A stretch of DNA of 64,000 bases from Nitrososphaerota archaeon (GCA_033581555.1 JAVQSZ010000004.1:64001-128000), one strand, 5' to 3'; positions 39,043-48,744 are shown, counted from the stretch's first letter. The notes: a model not told the origin generated them from the letters alone. A program made the numbers and translations.

Positions 39043-39741
39043 GTGCTGGGCTACGTCAGTCCGAGGGCGACCGTGAAGGGGATCGTGATTCAGGGCGCAG
39101 TCGTGCTAGGGCCCTCTAGGATCGGCGAGGGTTCGATCGTGGACTCGTTGGCGACGGTGGGCTATCCGACGAGGTCGAAGCTCCTTGGCGTGAAGGGGTC
39201 GGGGATCGAGTCGCTCGACGAGGTCAGCTCCGGGAGCGAGCTCGGCAGGAGGTGCGTCGTGAGGAGGGGGTGCGTCGTCTACGAGGGCGCGGTCCTGGCG
39301 GACGAGGTCGAGCTCGGCCACGGCGTCCTGATCAGGTCTGGGAGCAGGGTCGGGAGGGGGACGAGGATAGGCACGGGGACGCAGCTGGACGGCGAGGTCA
39401 CGGTCGGAGAGGGGTGCTCCATACAGTCGATGTGCTACCTGCCCCATCTGACCAGGGTCGGGTCTGGGGTCTTCATGGGCCCTAACGTCGTCGTGATGAA
39501 CGACCGCTATCCGCCCAGCGACAGGCTCGAGGGCGCGGAGATCATGGACGGGGCCGTGATAGGCGCTGGCGCCCTGATCGTGGCCGGCGTCAGAGTCGGA
39601 AAGGGGGCCGTGGTGGGCGCGGGGGCGGTCGTGACGAGGGACGTCCCAGAGGGGGCAGTCGTGATGGGGGTCCCAGCGAGGGTCACTTACGCTCGGGAGG
39701 CCTACGAGGCGAAGAGGAGGGCCGCGGTCAGTCGAACCTGA
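39043..39741 (+). CDS. Hexapeptide-repeat acetyltransferase
   Basis: Left-handed beta-helix repeats, NDRYP, GAGAVVTRDVP. Confidence 0.85.
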   Translation: MLGYVSPRATVKGIVIQGAVVLGPSRIGEGSIVDSLATVGYPTRSKLLGVKGSGIESLDEVSSGSELGRRCVVRRGCVVYEGAVLADEVELGHGVLIRSGSRVGRGTRIGTGTQLDGEVTVGEGCSIQSMCYLPHLTRVGSGVFMGPNVVVMNDRYPPSDRLEGAEIMDGAVIGAGALIVAGVRVGKGAVVGAGAVVTRDVPEGAVVMGVPARVTYAREAYEAKRRAAVSRT

Positions 39742-40390
39742 TCCCGATGACCGTGCAGGGCGCCCCGTCGATCCTCTCGACCCTGAGCGGCGCGACCACC
39801 ACGAGGTCATAGCTCTCCGGCTTCCCCTCGAGGTCCATATCCTCTACGATCAGGAACCTCCTCGAGACCAGGAGCCTCCTGTGGGCCTCTCTCCCCATCT
39901 CCCTCCTGAGCGGCGAGCTGATGCTGATCGCGTCGATCCCGAGGGCCCTCAGGTTCCCGAAGCCGGCCAAGTAGGAGGCGGCATCGGGGTGGAGCGATAT
40001 CCCCTCGCCCGAGTACCTCGGAGGGTCGGACCTCCTGTAGGCCTGCAGCCCCGTCCTCACCATCAGCATCCCGCATGCCCCGATCAGCCGCTCGTGGGGT
40101 CTCAAGTCCTCGACGCCGATCACGCCGCCGGGCTCCTTCGGCACGTCCAGTACAACCCCGCGCTCGATCACGAGGTCTTCCGCCCCGAGGTCCTCAACCC
40201 TGAGTCCGGAGTCGTCGAAGTGTTTCGGCGCGTCGACGTGCGTCCCGACGTGGTTCCCTGTGCTCAGCCTCCAGGAGTTCGAGCTGTCACCGCGGGCTAT
40301 GCTCCTCACCTGCTCGAGCCTCAGCGGCGGCGTACCGGGGTAGAGAGGGTCTTCCTCCCTCAGGACGTGCGAGAGCAGGTAGACCCGCAT
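39728..40390 (-). CDS. Cyclase-family / kynurenine formamidase-like metal hydrolase
   Basis: HVGTHVDAPKH, GIDAIS, IVEDM, DGAP. Confidence 0.88.
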   Translation of the reverse strand: MRVYLLSHVLREEDPLYPGTPPLRLEQVRSIARGDSSNSWRLSTGNHVGTHVDAPKHFDDSGLRVEDLGAEDLVIERGVVLDVPKEPGGVIGVEDLRPHERLIGACGMLMVRTGLQAYRRSDPPRYSGEGISLHPDAASYLAGFGNLRALGIDAISISSPLRREMGREAHRRLLVSRRFLIVEDMDLEGKPESYDLVVVAPLRVERIDGAPCTVIGIRFD

Positions 40391-40490
40391 CGGGCCCCGT
40401 CTGGCGCCCTCGGTAAAAACGGTCTCCGCGTCATCGGCGTCCTCCTAGCCACCGGCGAAGGTATTTAGCGAGTCTGGAGCAGGTCGACGA

Positions 40491-40586
40491 GGGGCCGTAG
40501 TCCAGCATGGAGTGGACGCCCGGCTAGCACGGAGGAGTGCCCGGACTGGGCCCGGGAGGTCGCCGGTTCAAATCCGGCCGGCCCCA
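40491..40586 (+). tRNA. tRNA-Pro(UGG) with a 21-nt intron at 33/34 (40526-40546)
   Basis: Acceptor GGGGCCG/CGGCCCC-A, T-arm GCCGG-TTCAAAT-CCGGC. BHB CCGG-CT^A-GCAC..GTGC-CCGG-AC^T gives loop CU-UGG-GC. Confidence 0.9.
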
Positions 40587-40635
40587 TCGACGGGAAAGAG
40601 GCGGCCTCGGCGCCGATCCTGCGAGTCGGTGGAGC

Positions 40636-40980
40636 TCAGAGCCTGACCCTTATCCCCTTCGTCACCGCCTCCCGGACCACCGTCTTCCTCTCCCTGAACG
40701 CTTCAACCTGCGCGGGCGTGTAGGGGAAGGCCTCTATGGTGAACGACCCCTCCCAGAGGCCGCTGACCAGCATCGCGTTCTCCACGAAGCTCCGCTTCCC
40801 GAACTCCTCTGAGACGACCAGCAAGTCGAGGTCGCTGTCGACCAGCGGAATGCCGTAGACCCTCGATCCGAACAGGTAGACCTCGGTGACGTTCAGCTCC
40901 CTCTTCAGCCTCCTCAGGAACCTGACGAGCTCAACCCTCTGCCTCCTCGAGAGCCTGACGCGCCCAAGGGCCTCTCTCAA
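40636..40980 (-). CDS. Minimal nucleotidyltransferase (MNT antitoxin)
   Basis: LFGSRVYG..DSDLDLLVVS; TTG start overlaps HEPN stop. Confidence 0.85.
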   Translation of the reverse strand: MREALGRVRLSRRQRVELVRFLRRLKRELNVTEVYLFGSRVYGIPLVDSDLDLLVVSEEFGKRSFVENAMLVSGLWEGSFTIEAFPYTPAQVEAFRERKTVVREAVTKGIRVRL

Positions 40981-41375
40981 GGAAGCGCCGCCCTCGACCT
41001 GACCCATCCTATCACCCTCTCCGCTGCCTGTAGGCACCTCAGGACGATCTCCCTGCTGTAGGCCTCGCTCGGGACCGTGTTCGCGGCGTTCGGGTACCTG
41101 GCGATCGTGTAGTGAGGGTTGAGTGCCTTCAGGTCGTCCATCAGCTCGTCGGCCTCCAGCGCCCTCCCGAGCTTGACGAGGTCGTGCCCCCTCGGAGGCA
41201 GCCTCGACTTCGCGACGATGTAGAGGGCCTTCAGCGCCTTCTCGGCTGCCTGATGGGCGAGGAAGGCCGAGACGCTGTACTCCTCGATCTCGTAGTTCCT
41301 CCTCGCCTGCCTGAGGTTGTGGAGGGCCTCGCGCCACCAGTCCATCGCCTCCTCCCTGACCTCGCCGGTCGGCAA
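40977..41375 (-). CDS. HEPN domain protein
   Basis: AHQAAEKALKA, GHDL, YTIARYP. Confidence 0.88.
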   Translation of the reverse strand: MPTGEVREEAMDWWREALHNLRQARRNYEIEEYSVSAFLAHQAAEKALKALYIVAKSRLPPRGHDLVKLGRALEADELMDDLKALNPHYTIARYPNAANTVPSEAYSREIVLRCLQAAERVIGWVRSRAALP

Positions 41376-41524
41376 GCCTCTCCAAGCCCTTCGAGCGCCT
41401 CCGGATAGATAACGTTGCACCGATCTGGCGCATACGCCTCTCCCCGATGCGAGCTCCAGCCCCGTTCGGGGGATCGGGCCGATGGGCTCGCAAAGTATAA
41501 CCCCTGGCCTCTGGAGGGAAGGTC

Positions 41525-42007
41525 ATGCAGCTCCACGTGGTCAAGGTCGAGTTCCCGGAGGGCGTCCAGCTGATACTCGCGCAGAGCCACTTCATCAAGA
41601 CCGTCGAGGACGTCCACGAGGCCCTCGTCACGGCGTTCCCCGGGATCAAGTTCGGGGTCGCGTTCTGCGAGTCCTCCGGGAAGAGGCTGGTCAGGCACTC
41701 GGGGACCGACGAGGAGCTCGAGAGGGTCGCGGTCGAGAACGCGCTGAGGCTCGGGTGCGGCCACCTCCTCGTGATCCTGTTGAGGAACGCGTACCCGATC
41801 AACGTCCTCCCAAGGCTGAGGGAGGTCCAGGAGATAGTCGGGTTCTACTGCGCGACCGGGAACCCGGTGCAGGTGGTGGTGGCCGAGACCGACCAGGGAA
41901 GGGGCGTGCTGGGCGTGATAGACGGCCAGACGCCGCTTGGCGTCGAGGGCCCCGAGGAGATCAGGGAGCGGAAGGAGTTCCTCAGGAAGATCGGGTACAA
42001 GCTCTGA
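41525..42007 (+). CDS. Adenosine-specific kinase / DUF355 family
   Basis: QSHFIKTVED, FCESSG, CATGNP, GVIDG, FLRKIGYK. Confidence 0.88.
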   Translation: MQLHVVKVEFPEGVQLILAQSHFIKTVEDVHEALVTAFPGIKFGVAFCESSGKRLVRHSGTDEELERVAVENALRLGCGHLLVILLRNAYPINVLPRLREVQEIVGFYCATGNPVQVVVAETDQGRGVLGVIDGQTPLGVEGPEEIRERKEFLRKIGYKL

Positions 42008-42013
42008 GGACCT

Positions 42014-42316
42014 TCAGTACCTGATCCTGAACCCTGACTCCGAACCGGTGTAATCCTCCCAGCTCACGTCGACGCGCTCCACGACCGCGAGCGGAGGCCC
42101 CCTCCTGCACCACTCGACCGCCTTGAGCACCGCCTCCTCGGGCCCCTCGAAGACCGCCTCGACCCTGCCGTCGGGGAGGTTCCTGACCCAACCGCTCAGC
42201 CCGAGCTCGTCCGCGACCCTCTTCGCGTTCGCCCTGAAGAAGACGCCCTGGACCCTCCCGGAGACCCAGACGTGGGCCCTGACCATTCTGGGCATCCCGA
42301 AGCGCTCCAGGACCAC
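42014..42316 (-). CDS. acyP: Acylphosphatase
   Basis: GRVQGVFFR, GWVRNLPDGRVE. Confidence 0.95.
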   Translation of the reverse strand: MVLERFGMPRMVRAHVWVSGRVQGVFFRANAKRVADELGLSGWVRNLPDGRVEAVFEGPEEAVLKAVEWCRRGPPLAVVERVDVSWEDYTGSESGFRIRY

Positions 42317-42348
42317 GCTTTATCAACCTCAGCTGCCTCCACGGATCG

Positions 42349-43050
42349 GTGGGGCTCGAGTCGGTCGCTTACAGGAGGGTCGTCTACGACCGGGCAAGGT
42401 GGAGGGTCCTCTCGGAGAAGCGGGGGAGGGCCGTCTCGATCATGTCGGTCCTCAGGTCGAAGGGGATCGCGGACGCGTTCGTCTACGGCAGCGTCGCGAG
42501 AGGCGACGTGAGGTCCGGGAGCGACGTCGACGTCTTCATACCGAGGGTTGTGAACCCGGAGCTGCTCCAGTTGATCGCGGAGTCGGAGCTCGGAGGCCAC
42601 TCGAAGAGGACGGTCGTCCAGGCGACGCCCGGCTACGTCGTTAAGGGCTACATCTACCTCGACGAGCTCACGTCGATCTCCTTCCCACTGATAGAAATGC
42701 TCCCTACGGAGCACGAGTTCTACACCATCGCCGGGAAAATAGAACTCGAGGGTCTGGCACAGGGGAAGAGGGTCCCGGGGATGAACAAGTCCCTGACCGT
42801 TGTGGTCCCCGTCGAGGACGGTCACCTGGAGTTCCCCGCGGAGTCGGCCCCGGAGATCGCCGCGAAGCTGATCGGTTGCGACCCGAGGGCCCTCAGGGAG
42901 AGGATCAGGGTCCTGAAGAGGAGGCAGGAGCACGGCAGGACCGGCGTCTACCGGGAGCTAGTGCTCGAAGAAGACCAGACCTTCTCGTGGGCGCTGAAGA
43001 GGCTCGTCGAGGAGAACCCCGTCCTGAGGAGGAGGCTGAGGTCCGCGTGA
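42349..43050 (+). CDS. Archaeal Pol-beta-type nucleotidyltransferase (COG2413-like)
   Basis: YGSVARGDV..SDVD, RVPGMNK, GRTGVY. Confidence 0.8.
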   Translation: MGLESVAYRRVVYDRARWRVLSEKRGRAVSIMSVLRSKGIADAFVYGSVARGDVRSGSDVDVFIPRVVNPELLQLIAESELGGHSKRTVVQATPGYVVKGYIYLDELTSISFPLIEMLPTEHEFYTIAGKIELEGLAQGKRVPGMNKSLTVVVPVEDGHLEFPAESAPEIAAKLIGCDPRALRERIRVLKRRQEHGRTGVYRELVLEEDQTFSWALKRLVEENPVLRRRLRSA

Positions 43051-43139
43051 TCGGTGCGACCGCTCCCTCGTGACCTGGAGCCACAGGGGCTCGAGCCCTT
43101 CGGGATACCTCTATCTCGGGGCTCGCGGCAGGGGGCGGA

Positions 43140-44417
43140 ATGAACGCTCAGGACGCCGCTGCCGGGGCGCTGGTCCTCGGGATACTCCTGGGAGGTACTG
43201 CCCTGAGGAGCAAGTTCCCAAGAGTCCCCCTCTGGTCGGTGATGATGCTCTGTACCGCCGTGACGCTCGTGACCGATCTCGTCCCCGTCGACGAGGCGTT
43301 GGCGCTCGTGGACCTCGACGTGATCACCCTGCTGATCGGGATGTTCGCGCTGGTGGGGATGGCGGAGAGGTCGGGGCTGCTAGACTTCCTCGCGTACTAC
43401 TTCCTCTCGAGGTTGAGGACTACCAGGTCTATAGTCCTGGGCTCCGCGCTCCTCTTCGGCCTGATGCCGGCCTTCTTCGTCAACGACACCGTCGCCCTGA
43501 TGGGCCCTCCGATAGCCGTGACGATAGGAAGGGCCCTCGGGGGCAACTACGAGTTCGCCTTCCTACTCCTCTGCTTCTCGATCACGATAGGGTCGACGAT
43601 GACGCCGATCGGTAACCCGCAGAACGTCCTGATCGCGATCCAGTCGGGGATGAGGGCGCCCTTCCTGGAGTTCCCGATCCACCTCGCGGTCCCGACGCTC
43701 CTCTCGCTGGTCGTCGCGGCCCTCCTGATGGCGCGGCTATACAGGCTGCCCAACGTCAGGTCGCAGGTCGTCGTATCGCCCTGGGAGGCGATCAGGTCGA
43801 GGAGGGAGTTCACCTTGGCACTCGTTGGAGGGGGAGTCACGGTGGCGGTCCTGATGATCAACGACGTCAACGCGGCCCTTGGCCTTCCCCACGTGACCGC
43901 CAGGGGCCTTATACCGTTCACCGCGGCGGCAGCGCTCATCGCGTTCTCCGAGAGCCCTAGGGACGTCCTCGCGAGGGTCGACTTCGGGACGATCCTCTTC
44001 TTCATCGGGATGTTCATCACGGTCGAGGGGGTCTGGAGGTCCGGCGTCCTTCAACCGGTCTTCTCGGCCCTGATGCTCGACGACCCTTCGACGCCCCAGG
44101 GACTCGCGTCCCTAGCGGTCCTCTCGCTGATAATGAGCCAGCTGATCAGCAACGTCCCCTACGCGAAGCTCGCGATCCACCAGCTCAAGGAGCTCGGAGT
44201 GACGGGGAGTGAGACCGACGTCTGGATGACCTTAGCAGCCGCCGCGACGCTAGCGGGCAACCTCACGATACTCGGCGCGGCTTCGAACGTGATCGTCCTC
44301 GAGGTCCTCGAGAGCAGGTACGGTACCACGATCTCCTACGTGAAGTTCGCGAAGGTCGGCGCCCTCGTGACGGCCGCGACGGTCCCCCTCTTCCTCCTCT
44401 ACCTCGTTCTCCTCTGA
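43140..44417 (+). CDS. ArsB/NhaD (CitMHS) anion permease
   Basis: FVNDT, TPIGNPQN, ISNVP, GNLTILGAASN. Confidence 0.85.
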   Translation: MNAQDAAAGALVLGILLGGTALRSKFPRVPLWSVMMLCTAVTLVTDLVPVDEALALVDLDVITLLIGMFALVGMAERSGLLDFLAYYFLSRLRTTRSIVLGSALLFGLMPAFFVNDTVALMGPPIAVTIGRALGGNYEFAFLLLCFSITIGSTMTPIGNPQNVLIAIQSGMRAPFLEFPIHLAVPTLLSLVVAALLMARLYRLPNVRSQVVVSPWEAIRSRREFTLALVGGGVTVAVLMINDVNAALGLPHVTARGLIPFTAAAALIAFSESPRDVLARVDFGTILFFIGMFITVEGVWRSGVLQPVFSALMLDDPSTPQGLASLAVLSLIMSQLISNVPYAKLAIHQLKELGVTGSETDVWMTLAAAATLAGNLTILGAASNVIVLEVLESRYGTTISYVKFAKVGALVTAATVPLFLLYLVLL

Positions 44418-44468
44418 ACCCACCGGGATCGGTTAATCACTGGCACGGACAGGTCTTCGCCGGAGGGC

Positions 44469-45551
44469 GTGAGGGCGGTAGCGGTCGACGAGGTCAGGAG
44501 GTCCGTGAGGCTCGTCCCGGAGTCGGGAGTCGACCTGATCAACCTCTACAGGTCCGTCGAGAGGGGGGACCTGGTCTTCGCGGAGACGACTAGGGAGATC
44601 AAGAGGGAGAGGGCCTCGGGGGAGGTCGACAGCAAAAGGGTCGCGATCAGGGTCGGGATCGAGGTCGAGAGGAAGTCCGCGGACCCCGGCGTCAGGAGGA
44701 TCTCCTTCCTGGGCAGGATCGTCGAGGCGGAGGGGCACGAGGACCTGCTGAAGAAGCACCACACCGTCCACGTAGAGAGGGGGAGGGAGGTCGAGGTCGT
44801 CTCTAGGGAGAGGTTCGGGAGACTGGTCGCGCTGGCCGAGGCCGGGAGGCGGAGGGCCATGAAGTCGATGCTGGTCCTCTCCGCGGACGACGAGAGGGCA
44901 GTCCTGGTCCTGATCAACAACGAGGGCTATCAGGTACTCGCGTCGGCTCAGGTCTCCTCAGGCCCGAAGTTCTTTGGCGCGAAAGACCTGACGAGCTGGA
45001 AGGAAGAGCTCGTGGAGGCCGTGAGGGACGCGGCGCTCGGTGCGATCGAGAGACATGGCGTCTCGGAGCTGGTCGTCGTGGCGCCCCAACCGCTCGTGGA
45101 TGGTCTCGCGGCCGAGCTGAGGAGGTCGCTCTCCTCGAGGGCCGAGGTGTTGAGGAGGACTGTACCTGCCTCGGTCGGAGGGGTCGAAGGTCTGATGGAG
45201 GTCTTGAGGAGGGGGGGGCTGGGGAAGGAGCTGAGGCCGCTCTACGACGCTCTCCTGGTCGAGAGGGCGCTCGAGCTAGCCTCTGAGGAGCCGGGGTCGG
45301 CCGCCTTCGGGACGTCGGACGTCCTCAAGATGGTGAGGGAGGGAAGGGTCGGGCTGGTGTTGGTGTCGGAGGACCACCTCTGGCTGAACCTCGAGAGCCC
45401 CGAGCTCGACGAGGTCCTGAGGGGTTCGGAGTCCGGCAGGTACAGGCTCAGGGTGGTTGGCCCCAAGGGTCTCGCGTCGGAGAGGGTGGAGGCCCTGGGA
45501 GGGGTCATAGCGCTGGACAAGGCCCTCGCATCCAGGCTCCCCGCGGAGTGA
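44469..45551 (+). CDS. pelA: Pelota/Dom34 ribosome rescue factor
   Basis: PES..DL..L, GDLVFAETTR, GRIV..HHT, LGGVIAL. Confidence 0.8.
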   Translation: MRAVAVDEVRRSVRLVPESGVDLINLYRSVERGDLVFAETTREIKRERASGEVDSKRVAIRVGIEVERKSADPGVRRISFLGRIVEAEGHEDLLKKHHTVHVERGREVEVVSRERFGRLVALAEAGRRRAMKSMLVLSADDERAVLVLINNEGYQVLASAQVSSGPKFFGAKDLTSWKEELVEAVRDAALGAIERHGVSELVVVAPQPLVDGLAAELRRSLSSRAEVLRRTVPASVGGVEGLMEVLRRGGLGKELRPLYDALLVERALELASEEPGSAAFGTSDVLKMVREGRVGLVLVSEDHLWLNLESPELDEVLRGSESGRYRLRVVGPKGLASERVEALGGVIALDKALASRLPAE

Positions 45552-45590
45552 GGCACGGTTTTCTTTAGGCCGAGCCGACTCTGACCCGAG

Positions 45591-46268
45591 TTGCCGCTGG
45601 TGGTCAAGATCGGTGGACACGTCTTCGCGAGGGGCGAGCCGGACGTCGAGCTGATCAGGGCCTACGCCCGGGTCCTCAGGGAGTCCCACGACGGCTCCGA
45701 CAGGTGGGTCGTCGTGATGGGAGGTGGGGAGCCCGCGAGGGCCTACATCGGGGCAGCGAGGTCGCTCGGCGCGGACGAGGTCACCTGCGACGAGATCGCG
45801 ATCGCGGTCACGAGGATCCACGCGACCCTGATGCTCCTCGCGCTGGGCGACCTGGCGTACCCGGAGGTCGTGAGGGACGTGGCGTCCCTGAGGAGGGCCC
45901 TCGCGGTGAAGAGGGTCGCCGTCGCCGGAGGGCTCTGGCCGGGACAGTCGACGTTCGCGGTATCTGCGCTCTGCGCGGGCGCGATCGGTGCCGACAGGCT
46001 CATCGTCGCGACCGATGTCAAGGGCGTCTACGACAAGGACCCGAAGCTCCACCCGGACGCGAGGCTCATCCCGAGGATGACCTACGACGAGCTCCTCTCA
46101 AGGCTCGGCTCGGTCTCCCACAGCGCGGGGGAGTACAAGCTGGTGGACTCGGTGGGCCTCTCGCTGCTGAAGAGGTCGAGGGTGAGGCTGCTCTTCGTCG
46201 ACGGCACCGACCCGGAGAACGTCAGGAGGGCGATACTCAGGGGCGAGGCGGGCACGGTCGTCGAGTGA
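45591..46268 (+). CDS. pyrH: Uridylate kinase (archaeal)
   Basis: VVKIGG, GGGEPAR, PGQST, DVKGVYDKDP. Confidence 0.9.
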   Translation: MPLVVKIGGHVFARGEPDVELIRAYARVLRESHDGSDRWVVVMGGGEPARAYIGAARSLGADEVTCDEIAIAVTRIHATLMLLALGDLAYPEVVRDVASLRRALAVKRVAVAGGLWPGQSTFAVSALCAGAIGADRLIVATDVKGVYDKDPKLHPDARLIPRMTYDELLSRLGSVSHSAGEYKLVDSVGLSLLKRSRVRLLFVDGTDPENVRRAILRGEAGTVVE

Positions 46269-46274
46269 ACGAGG

Positions 46275-47945
46275 TCAGGAGGGCCTCCTCGCCATCATGG
46301 CGACCACGAACGCACCGGCGTAGACCAGCACGGTCGCGGCTCCCACGTTGGCGTCCAAGACCCACGCGATCGCTAGGCCGCCGAGCGCCAAGAAGGCCGG
46401 GATCGCGGCCGAGGCCGCCATGTAAGCGCCGGGGCTCCTGGTGAGCAGGTACGCGGTTGCAGGCGGTATGATGAATGAGGCCACCGTAGGAATAGCTCCG
46501 ACGGTCATGAAGGCGGTGATGACGGTCCCCGAGAGAAGCGCTAAGAGGCCGTAGTGGAGGAGCGACGTCCTGAGCCCGACCGATTCGGCGAAGACGGGGT
46601 CGACGCAGTAGACCGTCAGGGGTTTCCTCGCCGCGAGGACGGCCGCTATCGAGGCCGCGGAGAGGGCCAGCGACCTGAGGAGGAACTCGTCAGAGACCGC
46701 GAGGACGTCTGCGAAGAGCACGTCCTCGATGTTGAGGGTCGCCCCGCCGGCCATGGAGAGCATCACGACCGCGAGGGCAAGCATAGAGGTGAAGGTCACC
46801 GCGATCGCGACGTCGCCCCTCAGCTTAGTCCTCCGCTCGATGTAGGAGACTGAGAGGGCCACCGCGAGGCCGGCTGCGAGCGCACCGAGGTAGAAGTCGG
46901 CCCCGACCACGTACGCCGCGACCAGACCGGCTATCGCTCCGTGGGAGAGAGCGTCGCCGAAGATCGCCCAGCCCCGCATCAGCGCGAAGCTCCCAACCAG
47001 CGAGGAGGTGACGGTGACCGCCACGAGCGCCACCATCCCGACCGCGACCACGGCGATGAACGCGTCGGCGCGGGGCCTCTGCCCGTGATAGCTCAGGGCC
47101 TCGACGACCTGCATGACGTTCCACATGACTAGGTCTGAGTAACCCCTTATCCCGCGCTCAGTGTCGAGTCTCTCGTAGTAGACCGGCCCGAGTACCTGGA
47201 CCCCGGACCTCGAGGCGATGTTGACCGCGACCTCCCTCAGCGTCGTCCCCTCCTCCTCTGCCTCCAGGAGGATCGGGGCACCGAGCCGACCGGCCTCGGC
47301 CAGGACCCGCTCCAGCCTCGAGAGCTGCTGCTCGTAGGTCCCGAAGCCCCCGGTGAGCGCGATAACCCTCACGCCTCCCATCTCCCGCAACAGGTCGACA
47401 AGCGAGGGCCTGATCGTCAAGACCGCGGCTCCGGCGCCGATCGTTCGGCCCATCTCGTCGACCCATGCTTCGAGCCGTCTCAGCTCCACGAGGACCCTCT
47501 GCCTGTTGAGCTCGATCTTCTCCGAGGCCTGGGGGAAGTGTCTGGAGAGTATCGAGGCCAAGGCGTCGACGATTTCGGCGGCGCCTTCGGGCGAGAGCCA
47601 GAACGCGGACCTGACCTCACCGACCCCAAGCAGCTCCGAGAGCCTGTAAGTCGGGAGACCCCTCCTGACCGCGGAGGCCAGCTCTCCGACCCTCGCCTCG
47701 GAGCCATAGCCGATGTAGACGAAGACGTCCGCCCTGACGATCCTCTCGACAACGCTCGGCCTCATCCTGAAGGTCGCGGAGCTCGTCTCGCCGAGGATGC
47801 TCTCGACCCTGACCACGCCCTCGCCCACGGCCCCGGCCAAGTCCGCGAGGACCTCCGTCGTGACAAGGACCAGCGGTCGCTCTGAGGCCCCTGACGCGTT
47901 CGAGAGGAGCGCAGCTGCGGCCAGCAGCACGACTAGGGCCGGCAA
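46275..47945 (-). CDS. Fused TroA/PsaA-type binding protein and ZnuB/MntB permease
   Basis: SBP: ADVFVYIG, FWLSP; permease: GDALSHGAIAG. Confidence 0.85.
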   Translation of the reverse strand: MPALVVLLAAAALLSNASGASERPLVLVTTEVLADLAGAVGEGVVRVESILGETSSATFRMRPSVVERIVRADVFVYIGYGSEARVGELASAVRRGLPTYRLSELLGVGEVRSAFWLSPEGAAEIVDALASILSRHFPQASEKIELNRQRVLVELRRLEAWVDEMGRTIGAGAAVLTIRPSLVDLLREMGGVRVIALTGGFGTYEQQLSRLERVLAEAGRLGAPILLEAEEEGTTLREVAVNIASRSGVQVLGPVYYERLDTERGIRGYSDLVMWNVMQVVEALSYHGQRPRADAFIAVVAVGMVALVAVTVTSSLVGSFALMRGWAIFGDALSHGAIAGLVAAYVVGADFYLGALAAGLAVALSVSYIERRTKLRGDVAIAVTFTSMLALAVVMLSMAGGATLNIEDVLFADVLAVSDEFLLRSLALSAASIAAVLAARKPLTVYCVDPVFAESVGLRTSLLHYGLLALLSGTVITAFMTVGAIPTVASFIIPPATAYLLTRSPGAYMAASAAIPAFLALGGLAIAWVLDANVGAATVLVYAGAFVVAMMARRPS

Positions 47946-47948
47946 GGG

Positions 47949-48656
47949 CTACCACTTGCCGTTGTAGGCCTCGGAGAGCAGCCTCCTCTCGGAGAGGACC
48001 TCGTAGGGCCTCCCGACCGCGAAGACGCGCCTGTTGAGGAGCACGACCCTGTCGAAGGGCGTCGGGTCTGGGACGTGGTGCTCCGAGAGGAGAACGTGCT
48101 TCCCCTTACGCTTCTCCTCCTCGAGCGCCGAGATCACCGCCTCCTCGCTGGGCCTGTCGATCGACTCGAAGGGCTCGTCGAGTAGGTAGACGTCAGGGTC
48201 CTGAGCCAGCGCCCTCGCGATCAGCGCCCTCGCGAGCTGTCCACCGGAGAGCTCCGAGAGCCTCCTGTGCCTCAGCCCAGAGATCCCGACCCTCTCCGTC
48301 GCCTCGTCCGGGTCTGCCCTGAGGCCTCGCCCCCTCGCGATCTCCGAGCCCATCTCCACCAGGTCCACCACCCTCAGCGGCGAGCCGAGCGCGATCGACC
48401 TCTGCTGCGGGACGTAAGCGACCCTCCTCCTGAGCGCCCTGTCGGACCAGGGGTCCGAGCCGAGGACCTCAACCCTCCCGCGGATGGGCCTCACTAGTCC
48501 CGCGAAGGCCTTGAGGAGCGTCGACTTGCCCGCGCCGTTCGGGCCCATCAGCAGCACCATCTCGCCGGCCGCCCCCTCGAAGTTGACGCCCTCCAGAACC
48601 GCGTTCCCGTTGTAGCCCGCGTATAGGTCGACCGCCCTCACTAGGACCCCCGACAT
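47949..48656 (-). CDS. Mn/Zn ABC transporter ATPase
   Basis: GPNGAGKST, YVPQ, LSGGQ, LLDEPF. Confidence 0.9.
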   Translation of the reverse strand: MSGVLVRAVDLYAGYNGNAVLEGVNFEGAAGEMVLLMGPNGAGKSTLLKAFAGLVRPIRGRVEVLGSDPWSDRALRRRVAYVPQQRSIALGSPLRVVDLVEMGSEIARGRGLRADPDEATERVGISGLRHRRLSELSGGQLARALIARALAQDPDVYLLDEPFESIDRPSEEAVISALEEEKRKGKHVLLSEHHVPDPTPFDRVVLLNRRVFAVGRPYEVLSERRLLSEAYNGKW

Positions 48657-48664
48657 CCTTTGGA

Positions 48665-48680
48665 GTTAACCATGGTTAAC
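48665..48680. promoter_or_regulatory. Perfect 16-bp palindrome, probable metalloregulator operator
   Basis: GTTAACCATGGTTAAC between a minus-strand TTAAAA box (about 48683-48688) and ATG 48656. Confidence 0.7.
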
Positions 48681-48744
48681 AATTTTAACCTTCCTTCACC
48701 TCCCACACAGCTCAGGGATAAATCGGGCGGCCGGGGATTTCTGA

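Noticed and set aside
40524-40530. tRNA-Ala(AGC) with a canonical intron
   Set aside because: BHB geometry supports the 33/34 cut, A34 is atypical in archaea, and the body is Pro-like.
40636-41802. 388-aa ORF in the track
   Set aside because: Only the last 114 aa (MNT) are real; the rest overlaps the HEPN and DUF355 genes.
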